Positions 6,904 through 15,280 of a DNA stretch of 64,000 bases are shown here, piece by piece. The translations under genes were made by a program, and so were the position numbers. Positions within the stretch are counted from its first letter, which is position 1. Every line of letters begins with the position of its first letter. Source of the stretch: Terriglobia bacterium (lineage in GTDB: Bacteria > Acidobacteriota > Polarisedimenticolia > Polarisedimenticolales > JAIQFR01); assembly GCA_963748015.1 (NCBI GenBank), contig CAVVHE010000008.1, positions 801,285 through 865,284 of the forward strand, read 5' to 3'. Under the pieces are notes generated by a model. That model ran no database searches and was not told where the DNA came from. It saw only the letters and a program-made list of their open reading frames with translations.

Positions 6904-9774
6904 GTGAAGCGCACTGCGACCGTCGCGATGACGGCCCTATGCCTGACCTTGAGTCCGTTGCGCGCCGAGAGGTCGCCCTCGGAGACGGGCGCCCGTGGAG
7001 GCGTGCCGGCCGCTTCCGACTGGATCGTCGCACTGCCATCTCCCAGCCCGTCGGGCCTCAGTTACCACGCGATGGCGTACGACCGTGCGCGGCGCCGCGT
7101 CGTGCTCTTCGGGGGCGAAGGGAGCATGGATCGTGCCGACCGCACCTGGGAGTGGAATGGCCGCGCCTGGGCGCAGCGGTCGCCGTCCACGAGCCCGTCC
7201 GCCCGGGAAAGTCATTCGATGGCGTACGACGACGCCCGCGGCCGCGTCGTGCTCTTCGGTGGTTCGGACCAGTCCGGCTTGCTCGCCGACACGTGGGAAT
7301 GGGACGGGAGTTCGTGGGTGGAGAAAGCACGGGGCACCGGGCCGCCGCCTCGTGGCGGTCACGCAATGGCGTACGACAGCGCGCGGGGGCGCATCGTGCT
7401 GTTTGGAGGATACGGCAACGGACGTGAGTTGGCGGACACGTGGGAATGGGACGGGAACTCATGGGCGGAAAGGACGTCGGCGGCGAGCCCGTCCGCCCGG
7501 GAAGGTCACGCGATGGCGTACGACGCCGCGCGGGGACGCACGGTAGTCTTCGGGGGGCTCCATGAGTCTGGGACCTTTCTCTCGGACACTTGGGAGTGGG
7601 ACGGGGACACGTGGAACGAGCAGAAACCAGCCTCGAGCCCTCCCGCGCGCGGAGCGCACGCCATGGCTTACAGCTCCGAGCGAGGAGAGGTGCTGCTTTT
7701 CGGCGGAACCCAGAACCCGGGAGAACTCGCCGACACGTGGGTATGGAATGGCATCGCGTGGATCGAGAAGACGCCAACAGGCGGCCCGCCCGCCCGCGAC
7801 GGCTGCGCGTCGGCGTATGACAGCGTCCGAGACCGAATCGTGCTTTTCGGGGGCATGGGCCTATCGGACACCTGGGAGTGGGACGGCGAAAAGTGGGAGG
7901 AACGCACGCCGGCCACCAGCCCGCCGCCCCGGAGCGAACACGCCATGACTTTCGATTCCGCGAGGGGCCGGACCGTTCTTTTCGGCGGCACGGGAATGCC
8001 CGGTGACCTCGGCGATACCTGGGAGTGGGACGGGAGCACCTGGGAGGAGCGGACGCCGGCCGTCAGTCCGCCGGCTCGCAGGAGTCCCGCCATGGCTTAC
8101 GACGCCGCGCGGGGGCGCGTCGTGCTGTTCGGCGGAATCGGGGGCGCCGAGTATTCCGACACGTGGGAGTGGGACGGGAGCACGTGGGAGGAGCGGACGC
8201 CTACCGTAAGCCCGCCGGCTCGAGCGGACCACGGGATGGCGTACGACGCTGCGAGGGAACGGGTCGTGCTGTTCGGCGGCTACTTCTCTTCCGGGGACAC
8301 GTGGGAATGGGATGGTTCCGACTGGGTGGAGAAAACCGGAGCCGACGGGCCCGCGGGCCGGCACGGCCACGCGATGGCCTATGACGCCGTGAGAGGGCGC
8401 GTTGTCCTGTTCGGTGGTGTTGGATGGGCCGGCATCTTTGTCGACACTTGGGAGTGGGACGGAAGTTCATGGACGGAAAGAACCTCGGCCACGGGCCCGA
8501 GCGAGCGAGAGGGCTTTTCGATGGCGTTCGACCGAGCGCGGGCGCGAATCGTTCTTTTCGGGGGCGGGCTCAACACCGTCAGCATGGGTTACCGGATGTA
8601 CGCCGACACCTGGGAATGGGACGGGATCTCGTGGCGGCAGACGGTGCCGGCGAGCAATCCCCCGGGCCGCGCCGGCCACGCCCTCGCATACGACGACCTC
8701 CGGGGTCGCATCGTCATGGTAGGAGGCGTGAATCAGGCAGGCGCGCTCGTCCCCGACCGGGCCACCTGGGAGTACGCTCCGCTCGCCGGGTGCGGCCACG
8801 CTGCGCGGGTCGCCGAGTTCGTGCCCGGCAGCGGCGCGGGTGACGATTCCGTCGCCGGAGCGGTTGGCCCCGCGGACGGTCTGGCCGTTTCCCTGGGAAT
8901 CGACGGGAGCATCGTTCTGCAGACGAACGTCCCCGTGATTGATGGCCCCGGGACCGACCTGGTCGTCTCGGAGCGCGGCGCCAACGGCGGGGGCATCGAC
9001 GAGAACTTCCATGTCGAGGCGAGCGAAGACGGCGTCGATTTCGTCTTCCTCCGCGGCTGCGCCGGGGGCGAGTGCCAGGTCGATCTCCTTGACACCGGTC
9101 TCGCGAGCGTCTCGTACATCCGACTCACGGACCTTCCGCCCCGGGAAACCGGGACGGCTTTCCCGTACCTGGGGGCGGACATCGACGCGGTCACCGCGAC
9201 CCACTGCTCGAGCCTCGAGGCGTGCAACGGGCTCGACGACGACGGCGACGGGTTCGTTCCCCCCGACGAGGCGGATCACGACGGCGACCGTCATGTCGCG
9301 TGTTGGCCCTGGTCGGGCTCCAACTCGCGCATCGACGGCGGCGGCGACTGCAACGACTCCGATTCGGCAATCCGTCCGGGGGCCGCCGAGAGTTGCAACG
9401 GGCTTGACGACGACTGCACTGGAAGGCCGGACGAGGGATTTCCCGATGCCGACACCGACGGGGTAGCGGACTGCGTGGACAATTGCACGGAGATCTACAA
9501 TCCCGACCAGGCCAAGGACGAGCTCGACGCGCTAGGTGACGCCTGCGAGCCCTGGTCGCTCTTCCACGCCGCGGATTTCTCGGCCGATGGTTTTTCGTTC
9601 GACCGAATCGACGGCAGGGACCTGTTCGTGTTCGCCAGCAGCTACGGACTGTGCCCCGGGGACGCGGGATACGATCCGCAGTCCAACATTGATCGCGTAC
9701 CGTCGATGCCCGGATCCTGCGTCGACGCGGACGACCTGCACCTATTCCTGAACGAATTCGGCACGGGCCGGTAG
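6904..9774 (+). CDS. Secreted 12-blade Kelch-like beta-propeller repeat protein with Cys-rich MopE-like, TSP3-like and dockerin-like C-terminal modules
   Basis: Start placed at GTG 6904 (VKRTATVAMTALCLTLSPLRA looks like a signal peptide). There are twelve ~50-aa repeats of pattern H-A-M-A-Y-D-x-A-R-G-R-V-V-L-F-G-G ... D-T-W-E-W-D-G-x-x-W. The C-terminus carries CNGLDDDGDG and CNGLDDDCTG (putative metal-binding motif), DADTDGVADCVDNCTEIYNPDQ (thrombospondin type 3-like) and DFSADGFSFDRIDGRDLFVF (dockerin/EF-hand-like). Confidence 0.85.
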   Translation: MKRTATVAMTALCLTLSPLRAERSPSETGARGGVPAASDWIVALPSPSPSGLSYHAMAYDRARRRVVLFGGEGSMDRADRTWEWNGRAWAQRSPSTSPSARESHSMAYDDARGRVVLFGGSDQSGLLADTWEWDGSSWVEKARGTGPPPRGGHAMAYDSARGRIVLFGGYGNGRELADTWEWDGNSWAERTSAASPSAREGHAMAYDAARGRTVVFGGLHESGTFLSDTWEWDGDTWNEQKPASSPPARGAHAMAYSSERGEVLLFGGTQNPGELADTWVWNGIAWIEKTPTGGPPARDGCASAYDSVRDRIVLFGGMGLSDTWEWDGEKWEERTPATSPPPRSEHAMTFDSARGRTVLFGGTGMPGDLGDTWEWDGSTWEERTPAVSPPARRSPAMAYDAARGRVVLFGGIGGAEYSDTWEWDGSTWEERTPTVSPPARADHGMAYDAARERVVLFGGYFSSGDTWEWDGSDWVEKTGADGPAGRHGHAMAYDAVRGRVVLFGGVGWAGIFVDTWEWDGSSWTERTSATGPSEREGFSMAFDRARARIVLFGGGLNTVSMGYRMYADTWEWDGISWRQTVPASNPPGRAGHALAYDDLRGRIVMVGGVNQAGALVPDRATWEYAPLAGCGHAARVAEFVPGSGAGDDSVAGAVGPADGLAVSLGIDGSIVLQTNVPVIDGPGTDLVVSERGANGGGIDENFHVEASEDGVDFVFLRGCAGGECQVDLLDTGLASVSYIRLTDLPPRETGTAFPYLGADIDAVTATHCSSLEACNGLDDDGDGFVPPDEADHDGDRHVACWPWSGSNSRIDGGGDCNDSDSAIRPGAAESCNGLDDDCTGRPDEGFPDADTDGVADCVDNCTEIYNPDQAKDELDALGDACEPWSLFHAADFSADGFSFDRIDGRDLFVFASSYGLCPGDAGYDPQSNIDRVPSMPGSCVDADDLHLFLNEFGTGR
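7060..8775 (+). repeat. Intragenic tandem repeat, ~150-bp period, 12 units (Kelch-like blades)
   Basis: Near-identical DNA strings such as gacacgtgggaatgggacggg and gcgatggcgtacgac recur about every 150 bp through this span. Confidence 0.85.
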
Positions 9775-9830
9775 CGTGCGCTGGGCATGAGCCCGACGCG
9801 CGCCGACCGACGAGTCGGGGCGGATGCCGA

Positions 9831-10778
9831 TCAGAGCGCCAGGACGAGCTTCCCTCGAACGTGGCCGGCCTCGCTCAGCTTCTGCGCCTCCGCGGCATCG
9901 GCGAGCGGGAAGATGCGCTGCACGTTCGGCTTCAGCTTCCCCTTGTCGCACAGCTCGGCCAGGGTCGCCAGCTGCGACGCGCTGGGCTCGACGAAGACGT
10001 AGCCGGCGTTCACGTCGCGCTTCTTCGCGAGGGCGGGGTCGGGGGGCGTGACGATGCTCACGAGGTGCCCGCCCGGCTTGAGGACGTCGAAGCTGAGCTT
10101 CTGCGTCTCGCCGCCGACGGTGTCGTAGACGAAGTCCACCCCCTCGGGGCTGAGGCGGTCCACCGCCTCGCTCCAGTCCTCCCGGGAGTAGTCGATGGCG
10201 GACTCCGCGCCGAGGCCGAGGAGGAACTCCTGGTTGGAAGTCCCCGCCGTGGCGAGGACGCGGGCGCCGGCGTTCCTCGCGAGCTGCACCGCGAAATGCC
10301 CGACGCCTCCCGCGCCCGCGTGGATCAGAACCACCGATCCGGGTCCGACTCCACCCGGGCCGAAAAGCGACTGGTAGGCGGTGAGCGCGGCGAGCGGAAC
10401 GGCCGCGGCTTCCTCGAACAGGAGCTTCGAGGGCATCGGGGCGACGCTGGTCTCGGGGATCGCGACGAACTCGGCGTAGGTTCCCCACTGCACGACGGGC
10501 TTCCGCGCGTAGGCGAAGACCCGTTCTCCCTTGCGGAAGCGGGTCGCGCCGTCCCCTATCTCCTCGACGGTTCCGGCGACGTCCCAGCCGGGGACGACCG
10601 GGAAGGCGTGGGGGAGCCGCTTCTCCAGCAGGCCCTCGCGGATTTTCCAGTCCACGGGATTGACGCCCGCGGCGACGACGCGGACGACGACCTCGCCCGG
10701 GCCGGCGTGCGGCTCGGGGAGGTCCATGGGCTTCAACTTCTCCGGTCCGCCGAATTCCTCGAGGGCGATGGCGCGCAT
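9831..10778 (-). CDS. NADPH:quinone oxidoreductase / zinc-type alcohol dehydrogenase superfamily (MDR) protein
   Basis: Track ORF 9831..10820. Likely start ATG 10778 (MRAIALEEFGGPEKLKPMDLPEPHAGPGEVVVRVVAAGVNPVDWKIREG). The Rossmann motif is LIHAGAGGVGHFAVQLA. Confidence 0.85.
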   Translation of the reverse strand: MRAIALEEFGGPEKLKPMDLPEPHAGPGEVVVRVVAAGVNPVDWKIREGLLEKRLPHAFPVVPGWDVAGTVEEIGDGATRFRKGERVFAYARKPVVQWGTYAEFVAIPETSVAPMPSKLLFEEAAAVPLAALTAYQSLFGPGGVGPGSVVLIHAGAGGVGHFAVQLARNAGARVLATAGTSNQEFLLGLGAESAIDYSREDWSEAVDRLSPEGVDFVYDTVGGETQKLSFDVLKPGGHLVSIVTPPDPALAKKRDVNAGYVFVEPSASQLATLAELCDKGKLKPNVQRIFPLADAAEAQKLSEAGHVRGKLVLAL

Positions 10779-10856
10779 GCTCGTGCTCCTTCCCGGCCAT
10801 TCTATCCCGCCGCGCGGCATCGGGCCGGAGAATATCCTGGAAGACGGGGCGAAATT

Positions 10857-11162
10857 CTAGGCGCGCGCCCCTAGGCGGGCGGAGACCTCGGCCGGCGAGA
10901 GGCGAACGAGCACCGTCTTGTCCGGCGACGTTTCGCCCGAGAGGATCTCGATCGAGGACGCGGGAAGGTCGAGAGCGCGGGCGAGGAGCTCGATCACGGC
11001 GCGATTGGCCTTCCCGCGCTCCGGCGCCGCGGCGACCGTCACTTTCAACGCGCCGCCGTGAGGTCCGACGACCGCACTCCGCCGCCCGCCGGGCTTCACG
11101 CGGAGCCGCAACCGCGTCCCTTCCCTGACTTCAATCAACTCCAGTTCCAAAGTGCCAGACAT
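10857..11162 (-). CDS. DUF167 (YggU-like) protein
   Basis: Track ORF 10857..11210. Likely start ATG 11162. LRLRVKPGGRRSAVVG...LKVTVAAAPERGKANRAVIELLARAL is the YggU signature. Confidence 0.8.
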   Translation of the reverse strand: MSGTLELELIEVREGTRLRLRVKPGGRRSAVVGPHGGALKVTVAAAPERGKANRAVIELLARALDLPASSIEILSGETSPDKTVLVRLSPAEVSARLGARA

Positions 11163-11205
11163 GGCCCAGAAACCTCGCCACTCCGCGCCCGAACCCCTGG
11201 GTTCA

Positions 11206-11265
11206 GACATTACTGCCGTTACAGGCCCTTACGATTCCGTACCGACATGTTACGCCAGTAATGTC
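11206..11265. promoter_or_regulatory. Inverted repeat in the divergent yggU-like/purF intergenic region (candidate operator or purF leader hairpin)
   Basis: GACATTACTGCCGT (11206-11219) and ACGCCAGTAATGTC (11252-11265) are reverse complements at 13 of 14 positions, separated by 32 nt, in a locally lower-GC stretch 37 nt upstream of the purF ATG. Confidence 0.4.
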
Positions 11266-11301
11266 CGACCCCATCCCGATTCGGTCTGCTACCATGGCGG
11301 T

Positions 11302-12756
11302 ATGTGCGGGTTCATCGGGGTCATCGGGGCGGAGCCGGCGGTGAAGGAGATCTATGACGGTCTCCTGGCGATCCAGCACCGCGGGCAGGATGCGGCGGGG
11401 ATCGTCACGTACGACGGGCGCTTCCACGTTAAGAAGGGGGAGGGGCTCGTCCGCGACATCTTCTCGGCGGCCAACTTCGAGCGGCTGAAGGGCGACCTCG
11501 GGGTGGGGCACGTCCGGTACCCGACCGTGGGCTCCGGGGGCGGCGAGGACGCCCAGCCGTTCACGGTGAACTACCCGTACGGCATCACGATGGCCCACAA
11601 CGGGAACGTGGCGAACTACGAGGACCTCAAGGGGGATCTCGCGATCCGGGGCCTCCGCCACCTCTACTCCGGGTGCGACGTCGAGGTCGTGCTGAACGTC
11701 TTCGCGAACGCCCTCGCCCGCGGCGCCGAGAGCGGGTTCCGGCTCGACGGGTACTTCGACGCGGTGAGGGAGGTCTACCGCCAAGTGCGCGGCGCGTACA
11801 GCGTGGTCGGCTTCATCGCCGGGCTCGGCCTCTTCGCGTTCCGCGACCCTTACGGCATCAAGCCGATCGCGATGGGACGCCGCCGCGTGAACGGGCGGGA
11901 CGCCTATGCCGTCTCTTCCGAGAGCGTGGTCCTCGCGGCCCTCGACTACGAGCTGATGCCCTGGGGGCACCCGGGCGAGGCGGTCTTCGTGAGCATGGAC
12001 GGCGAGGTGCACAGTCGGAAGGTCGCGGAGCCGACGCACCACCCGTGCGTGTTCGAGTTCGTCTACTTCGCGCGTCCCGACTCCAGCATCGACGGGATCT
12101 CGGTCTACAAGTCGAGGATCCGGATGGGAGAGCGGCTCGCCGAGACGTTCCGCCGCTCGGGCCTCCACGCGGACGTGATCATTCCCGTCCCGGATTCCGC
12201 GCGGACCGCGGCGCTCTCGATGGCGCAGTCGCTCGGAATCCCGTACCGGGAAGGGCTCGTGAAGAACCGGTACGTCGGCCGCACGTTCATCATGCCGAGC
12301 GACGGCGAGCGCCAGGCCAGCATCCGCCACAAGCTCAACCCGATCGAGGACGAGTTCCGGGACAAGGACGTGCTCCTGGTGGACGACTCGATCGTCCGGG
12401 GCCACACGAGCCGGAAGATCGTCCAACTCGCCCGCTCCTCCGGGGCGCGCCGGGTCCTGTTCGCCTCCACGGCGCCGCCGCTCCTCCACCCCTGCGTGTA
12501 CGGTATCGACATGAGCACGCGGCGCGAGTTCGTGGCCCGCGGCCGGACCCACGAGGAGGTCGCGCGCGAGATCGGCGCCGACGCGGTGCTCTACCAGACG
12601 CTCGACGACCTCGTGGGCGCGGTCACCGACGGGCAGAGCCACGTGGAGCGGATGTGCACCGCCTGCTTCTCGGGCATCTACCCCACCGGCGACATCACCC
12701 CGCGGATGCTCCTGCAGATCGAGGAGGAGCGGCTGGTGGTCGGCAAGAAGGCGTGA
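11302..12756 (+). CDS. purF: Amidophosphoribosyltransferase
   Basis: Track ORF 11152..12756. The start is ATG 11302, giving MCGFIGVIG (mature N-terminal Cys of class II glutamine amidotransferases). Other motifs are LQHRGQDAAGI and the PRPP loop VLLVDDSIVRGHTS. Confidence 0.95.
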   Translation: MCGFIGVIGAEPAVKEIYDGLLAIQHRGQDAAGIVTYDGRFHVKKGEGLVRDIFSAANFERLKGDLGVGHVRYPTVGSGGGEDAQPFTVNYPYGITMAHNGNVANYEDLKGDLAIRGLRHLYSGCDVEVVLNVFANALARGAESGFRLDGYFDAVREVYRQVRGAYSVVGFIAGLGLFAFRDPYGIKPIAMGRRRVNGRDAYAVSSESVVLAALDYELMPWGHPGEAVFVSMDGEVHSRKVAEPTHHPCVFEFVYFARPDSSIDGISVYKSRIRMGERLAETFRRSGLHADVIIPVPDSARTAALSMAQSLGIPYREGLVKNRYVGRTFIMPSDGERQASIRHKLNPIEDEFRDKDVLLVDDSIVRGHTSRKIVQLARSSGARRVLFASTAPPLLHPCVYGIDMSTRREFVARGRTHEEVAREIGADAVLYQTLDDLVGAVTDGQSHVERMCTACFSGIYPTGDITPRMLLQIEEERLVVGKKA

Positions 12757-13667
12757 AGCTCCGCCTCGAAGCGCCGCCGGGCTTCTCGTTCCGACGCACG
12801 CTCTTGAGCCACGGCTGGTGCCTCCTCGCCCCGTTCGAGGCGGGGCGTAACGCGGACTCGCTCGCGACAACGGTGCCGCTTCCGGGCGGCGGCGCGATGC
12901 GGTTCCTCCTCCGGCCGGAGAAGGGCGCCGTCGTCCTCGAGGCCCCCGGCTCCCCCAAGGCCGCCGCGCGACGCCATCTCGAAGCCGCCGCGCGCAGGAT
13001 CCTGAACCTCGACCTCGATCTCGCGCCTTTCCACGCCGCCTGCGCGGCAACGGAAGGGCTCGAGTGGATCGCGAAGGCCGGGGCGGGGCGCCTCCTTCGC
13101 GCGCCCACCCTTTTCGAGGACGTGGTCAAGCTCGTCCTGACCACCAACTGCTCGTGGAGCCTGACGACCCGCATGACGCGCGCCGTCGTGGACCTCTGGG
13201 GCGAGCCCGCCCCGGGCGGGGCGCGCGCGTTCCCGACCCCCGCGGCGCTCGCCGGAGCCGGAGATGCCGCGCTCCGCGAGCGGGCGAGGACCGGTTACCG
13301 CGCGCCGCTCCTCGCGTCGCTCGCGCGCAAGGTCGCGGACGGCGAGGTGGATCCAGAGTCGTGGCAGCGCGACGGGCGCGACGTCGCGGCGCTCCGGAAG
13401 GAGATGCTCTCGCTCCCGGGAGCCGGCCCGTACGTCGCGGAGAACCTCCTCAAGATGCTCGGCAGGCCGGACGGCCTGGCCCTCGACTCGTGGATGCGCG
13501 GCCAGTACGCGAAGCTGTACCACGGCGGCCGCGCCGTCACCGACAGGACGATTGCTAGGCGGTACGCGAAGCTGGGCCGGTGGGCAGGACTGGCCGCCTG
13601 GCTCGACCTGACCCGCGAGTGGCTCGACGGGGACTCGCCGTCGGCGGCGTGGGAGTCGCTCGCTTGA
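12753..13667 (+). CDS. HhH-GPD DNA glycosylase (AlkA / 3-methyladenine glycosylase II-like)
   Basis: In the frame of track ORF 11673..13667. GTG 12753 overlaps the purF TGA (GTGA). LSLPGAGPYVAENLLKMLGRPDGLALDSW is a helix-hairpin-helix Gly/Pro loop followed by a catalytic Asp. Confidence 0.75.
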   Translation: MKLRLEAPPGFSFRRTLLSHGWCLLAPFEAGRNADSLATTVPLPGGGAMRFLLRPEKGAVVLEAPGSPKAAARRHLEAAARRILNLDLDLAPFHAACAATEGLEWIAKAGAGRLLRAPTLFEDVVKLVLTTNCSWSLTTRMTRAVVDLWGEPAPGGARAFPTPAALAGAGDAALRERARTGYRAPLLASLARKVADGEVDPESWQRDGRDVAALRKEMLSLPGAGPYVAENLLKMLGRPDGLALDSWMRGQYAKLYHGGRAVTDRTIARRYAKLGRWAGLAAWLDLTREWLDGDSPSAAWESLA

Positions 13668-14569
13668 TGTCCGGCGCGCTGCTGGGGGAAGGTTCCTGCC
13701 TCCTTGCGGCGTCCGTCTGGGCGGTCACCGTCGCCACGTTCCGCCGCCCGATCGAGGCGTTCGGCGCGCGGACCATCAACCTCGCCAAGTGCGTGATCTC
13801 GAGCGCGCTCTTTCTCGTAACGATCCTCGCGCTGGGGCGTGGGAGCGTTCTGACCGCCGCCCCGTTCCACGACGTGGCGTTCGTCGCCCTCTCCGGCCTC
13901 GTCGGCCTGACCGCAGGCGACTCGGCGCTCTTCGCCGCCGTGGGCCGTCTCGGCGCCTACCGCGCGCTGCTTCTTCAGACGCTCGCCCCCGTTTTCACCG
14001 CCGTCTTCGCCCTGGCGTGGCAGCGGGAGGTGCCCCGCGGGACGCATCTCCTGGGCATGGCTCTCACGCTCCTCGGCGTGGCGCTCGTCGTCGCGAAGCG
14101 CAGCGGCCCGGACGGCGCCACGCCCCTCGCGCCGTCCCGCCGGACGGCCGGCATCTTGTTCGGAATCCTCGCGGCGGTAGGGCAGGGGGGCGGCATCGTC
14201 CTCGCCAAGGCCGGGATGGGCACGCTCCCGTCCCTGCACGCGAGCTTCATCCGGCTCGGCACCGCCGCCGCCGGCCTCCTCCTGCTCGGCCTGCTCGACG
14301 GGACGCTCCGTCGCGCCCGCGACCTCTCCCGCGCCCCCGCCTCGCTCGGCCGCGTCGTCCCCGCCGCCTTCATGGGCTCCTACGTCGGGATCTTCCTGAT
14401 GATGTTCGGCGTCGGTGCCGCCCCGGCCGCCGTGGCCGCCGTTCTCCTCTCCACCACCCCCGTCTTCAGCCTGTTCCTCGACGTCGCCCGCGGCCGCGAG
14501 CGCTTCACCCTCCGCGCCGTCGCCGGCACCCTCACCGCCATCGCCGGCATCGCCGTCCTCACGCAGTAG
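13667..14569 (+). CDS. DMT superfamily (EamA-like) transporter
   Basis: Track ORF 13580..14569. Likely start ATG 13667, sharing one nt with the upstream TGA. About 10 hydrophobic helices and duplicated EamA-like halves. Confidence 0.8.
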   Translation: MSGALLGEGSCLLAASVWAVTVATFRRPIEAFGARTINLAKCVISSALFLVTILALGRGSVLTAAPFHDVAFVALSGLVGLTAGDSALFAAVGRLGAYRALLLQTLAPVFTAVFALAWQREVPRGTHLLGMALTLLGVALVVAKRSGPDGATPLAPSRRTAGILFGILAAVGQGGGIVLAKAGMGTLPSLHASFIRLGTAAAGLLLLGLLDGTLRRARDLSRAPASLGRVVPAAFMGSYVGIFLMMFGVGAAPAAVAAVLLSTTPVFSLFLDVARGRERFTLRAVAGTLTAIAGIAVLTQ

Positions 14570-14600
14570 GTCCTCGCGCGAGCGCCCCGCACGGCTGCCT

Positions 14601-14672
14601 CGTCCGGAGTCCGGGGGTGTTCCTCGCCAACCCGACAAAGGGTTGTCTCCGGACACCCCCGGACTCCGGACG
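14601..14672. repeat. REP-like nested hairpin, copy 1 (probable terminator or stabiliser of the DMT gene)
   Basis: Perfect 20-bp arms CGTCCGGAGTCCGGGGGTGT (14601-14620) and ACACCCCCGGACTCCGGACG (14653-14672). There is an inner hairpin AACCC-GACAAA-GGGTT. It starts 32 nt after the DMT stop. Confidence 0.85.
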
Positions 14673-14700
14673 AAGCAGCCGGGAACCGCCCGCCACACCT

Positions 14701-14976
14701 AGGAGCCGGTCCGAGTAATCCCGTGGGCCGCGCGCATGGGGCTTGCGAGTCGGAGACGAGGAGCGAGGAGGAAGACGATGTGCCTCCATCGACGACGACG
14801 AGCGACGAAGGATCCGACCGCAACCCCCATGCGCCCTTTGGGTTCGGGGCGGCGTGGGGGCGTCTGCGTCGTCGCCGCTCCTTGTCGATGGGGGGACATC
14901 GACCGCGTCGCGGCTCCTCGCATCCGCCCCCACGGCGCCCCGAACGCGGCCTACGGGATTACTCGGACAGGCTCCT
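14701..14976. repeat. 276-bp imperfect palindrome (MITE-like, or inverted duplication of a ~135-bp unit)
   Basis: Outer arms AGGAGCCGGTCCGAGTAATCCCGTGGGCCGCG (14701-14732) versus CGCGGCCTACGGGATTACTCGGACAGGCTCCT (14945-14976) match at 30 of 32 as reverse complements. Inner blocks also pair (CGATGTGCCTCCATCGAC / GTCGATGGGGGGACATCG). Both strands give mirror-image ORF fragments (HGITRTGS). Confidence 0.8.
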
Positions 14977-14990
14977 GATATGGAACGACC

Positions 14991-15280
14991 TGTCAACCTC
15001 GAGCTTCCGACCCGAGACACCTCCGTTCGGTTCCTCGCCGGGGCGGAACAGGCGGCGGTCGAGGCGGCTGACTCGACGGTTGATCACTCTGATATTCGCG
15101 GATCGGCCCCCAAGGGCGCGCCGTCATAATCGTGATCCGTCGGGAGCTGCCTCGGACTAGCATCGCGGATCCGGCCAGCGAGGGCCTGTCGCATAGGAGC
15201 CACGAGGATCCTCCTTCCCGTGTGCCCCTCGACCGCCGCCGGCTCCGTCCCGGATTCATCCCTTCCCTACCTGATCGTTT
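14991..15280 (-). ncRNA. Candidate bridge/seek RNA region of the IS (3' non-coding arm)
   Basis: A ~290-nt non-coding arm lies downstream of the transposase stop, inside the IRs. It contains local stems (GATCCG 15134-15139 / CGGATC 15166-15171) and short strings identical to both IS flanks (TAGGAGCC 15194-15201; GACTAGC 15155-15161). No covariance model was run; the call is architectural. Confidence 0.35.

Noticed and set aside
7060-8775. Regular ~150-bp periodic repeats as a possible CRISPR or satellite array
   Set aside because: The period is in-frame, inside a continuous ORF, and corresponds to Kelch-like protein blades. There is no repeat/spacer alternation and no cas genes in the window.
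15020-15050. Third, partial copy of the REP loop motif (GGTTCCTCGCCGGGGCGGAAC) inside the IS 3' arm
   Set aside because: Only the 10-mer GTTCCTCGCC is shared with the REP copies. The arms are absent and it lies inside the IS inverted repeats, so it is likely coincidental or at most a guide-like fragment. It is not scored as a repeat copy.
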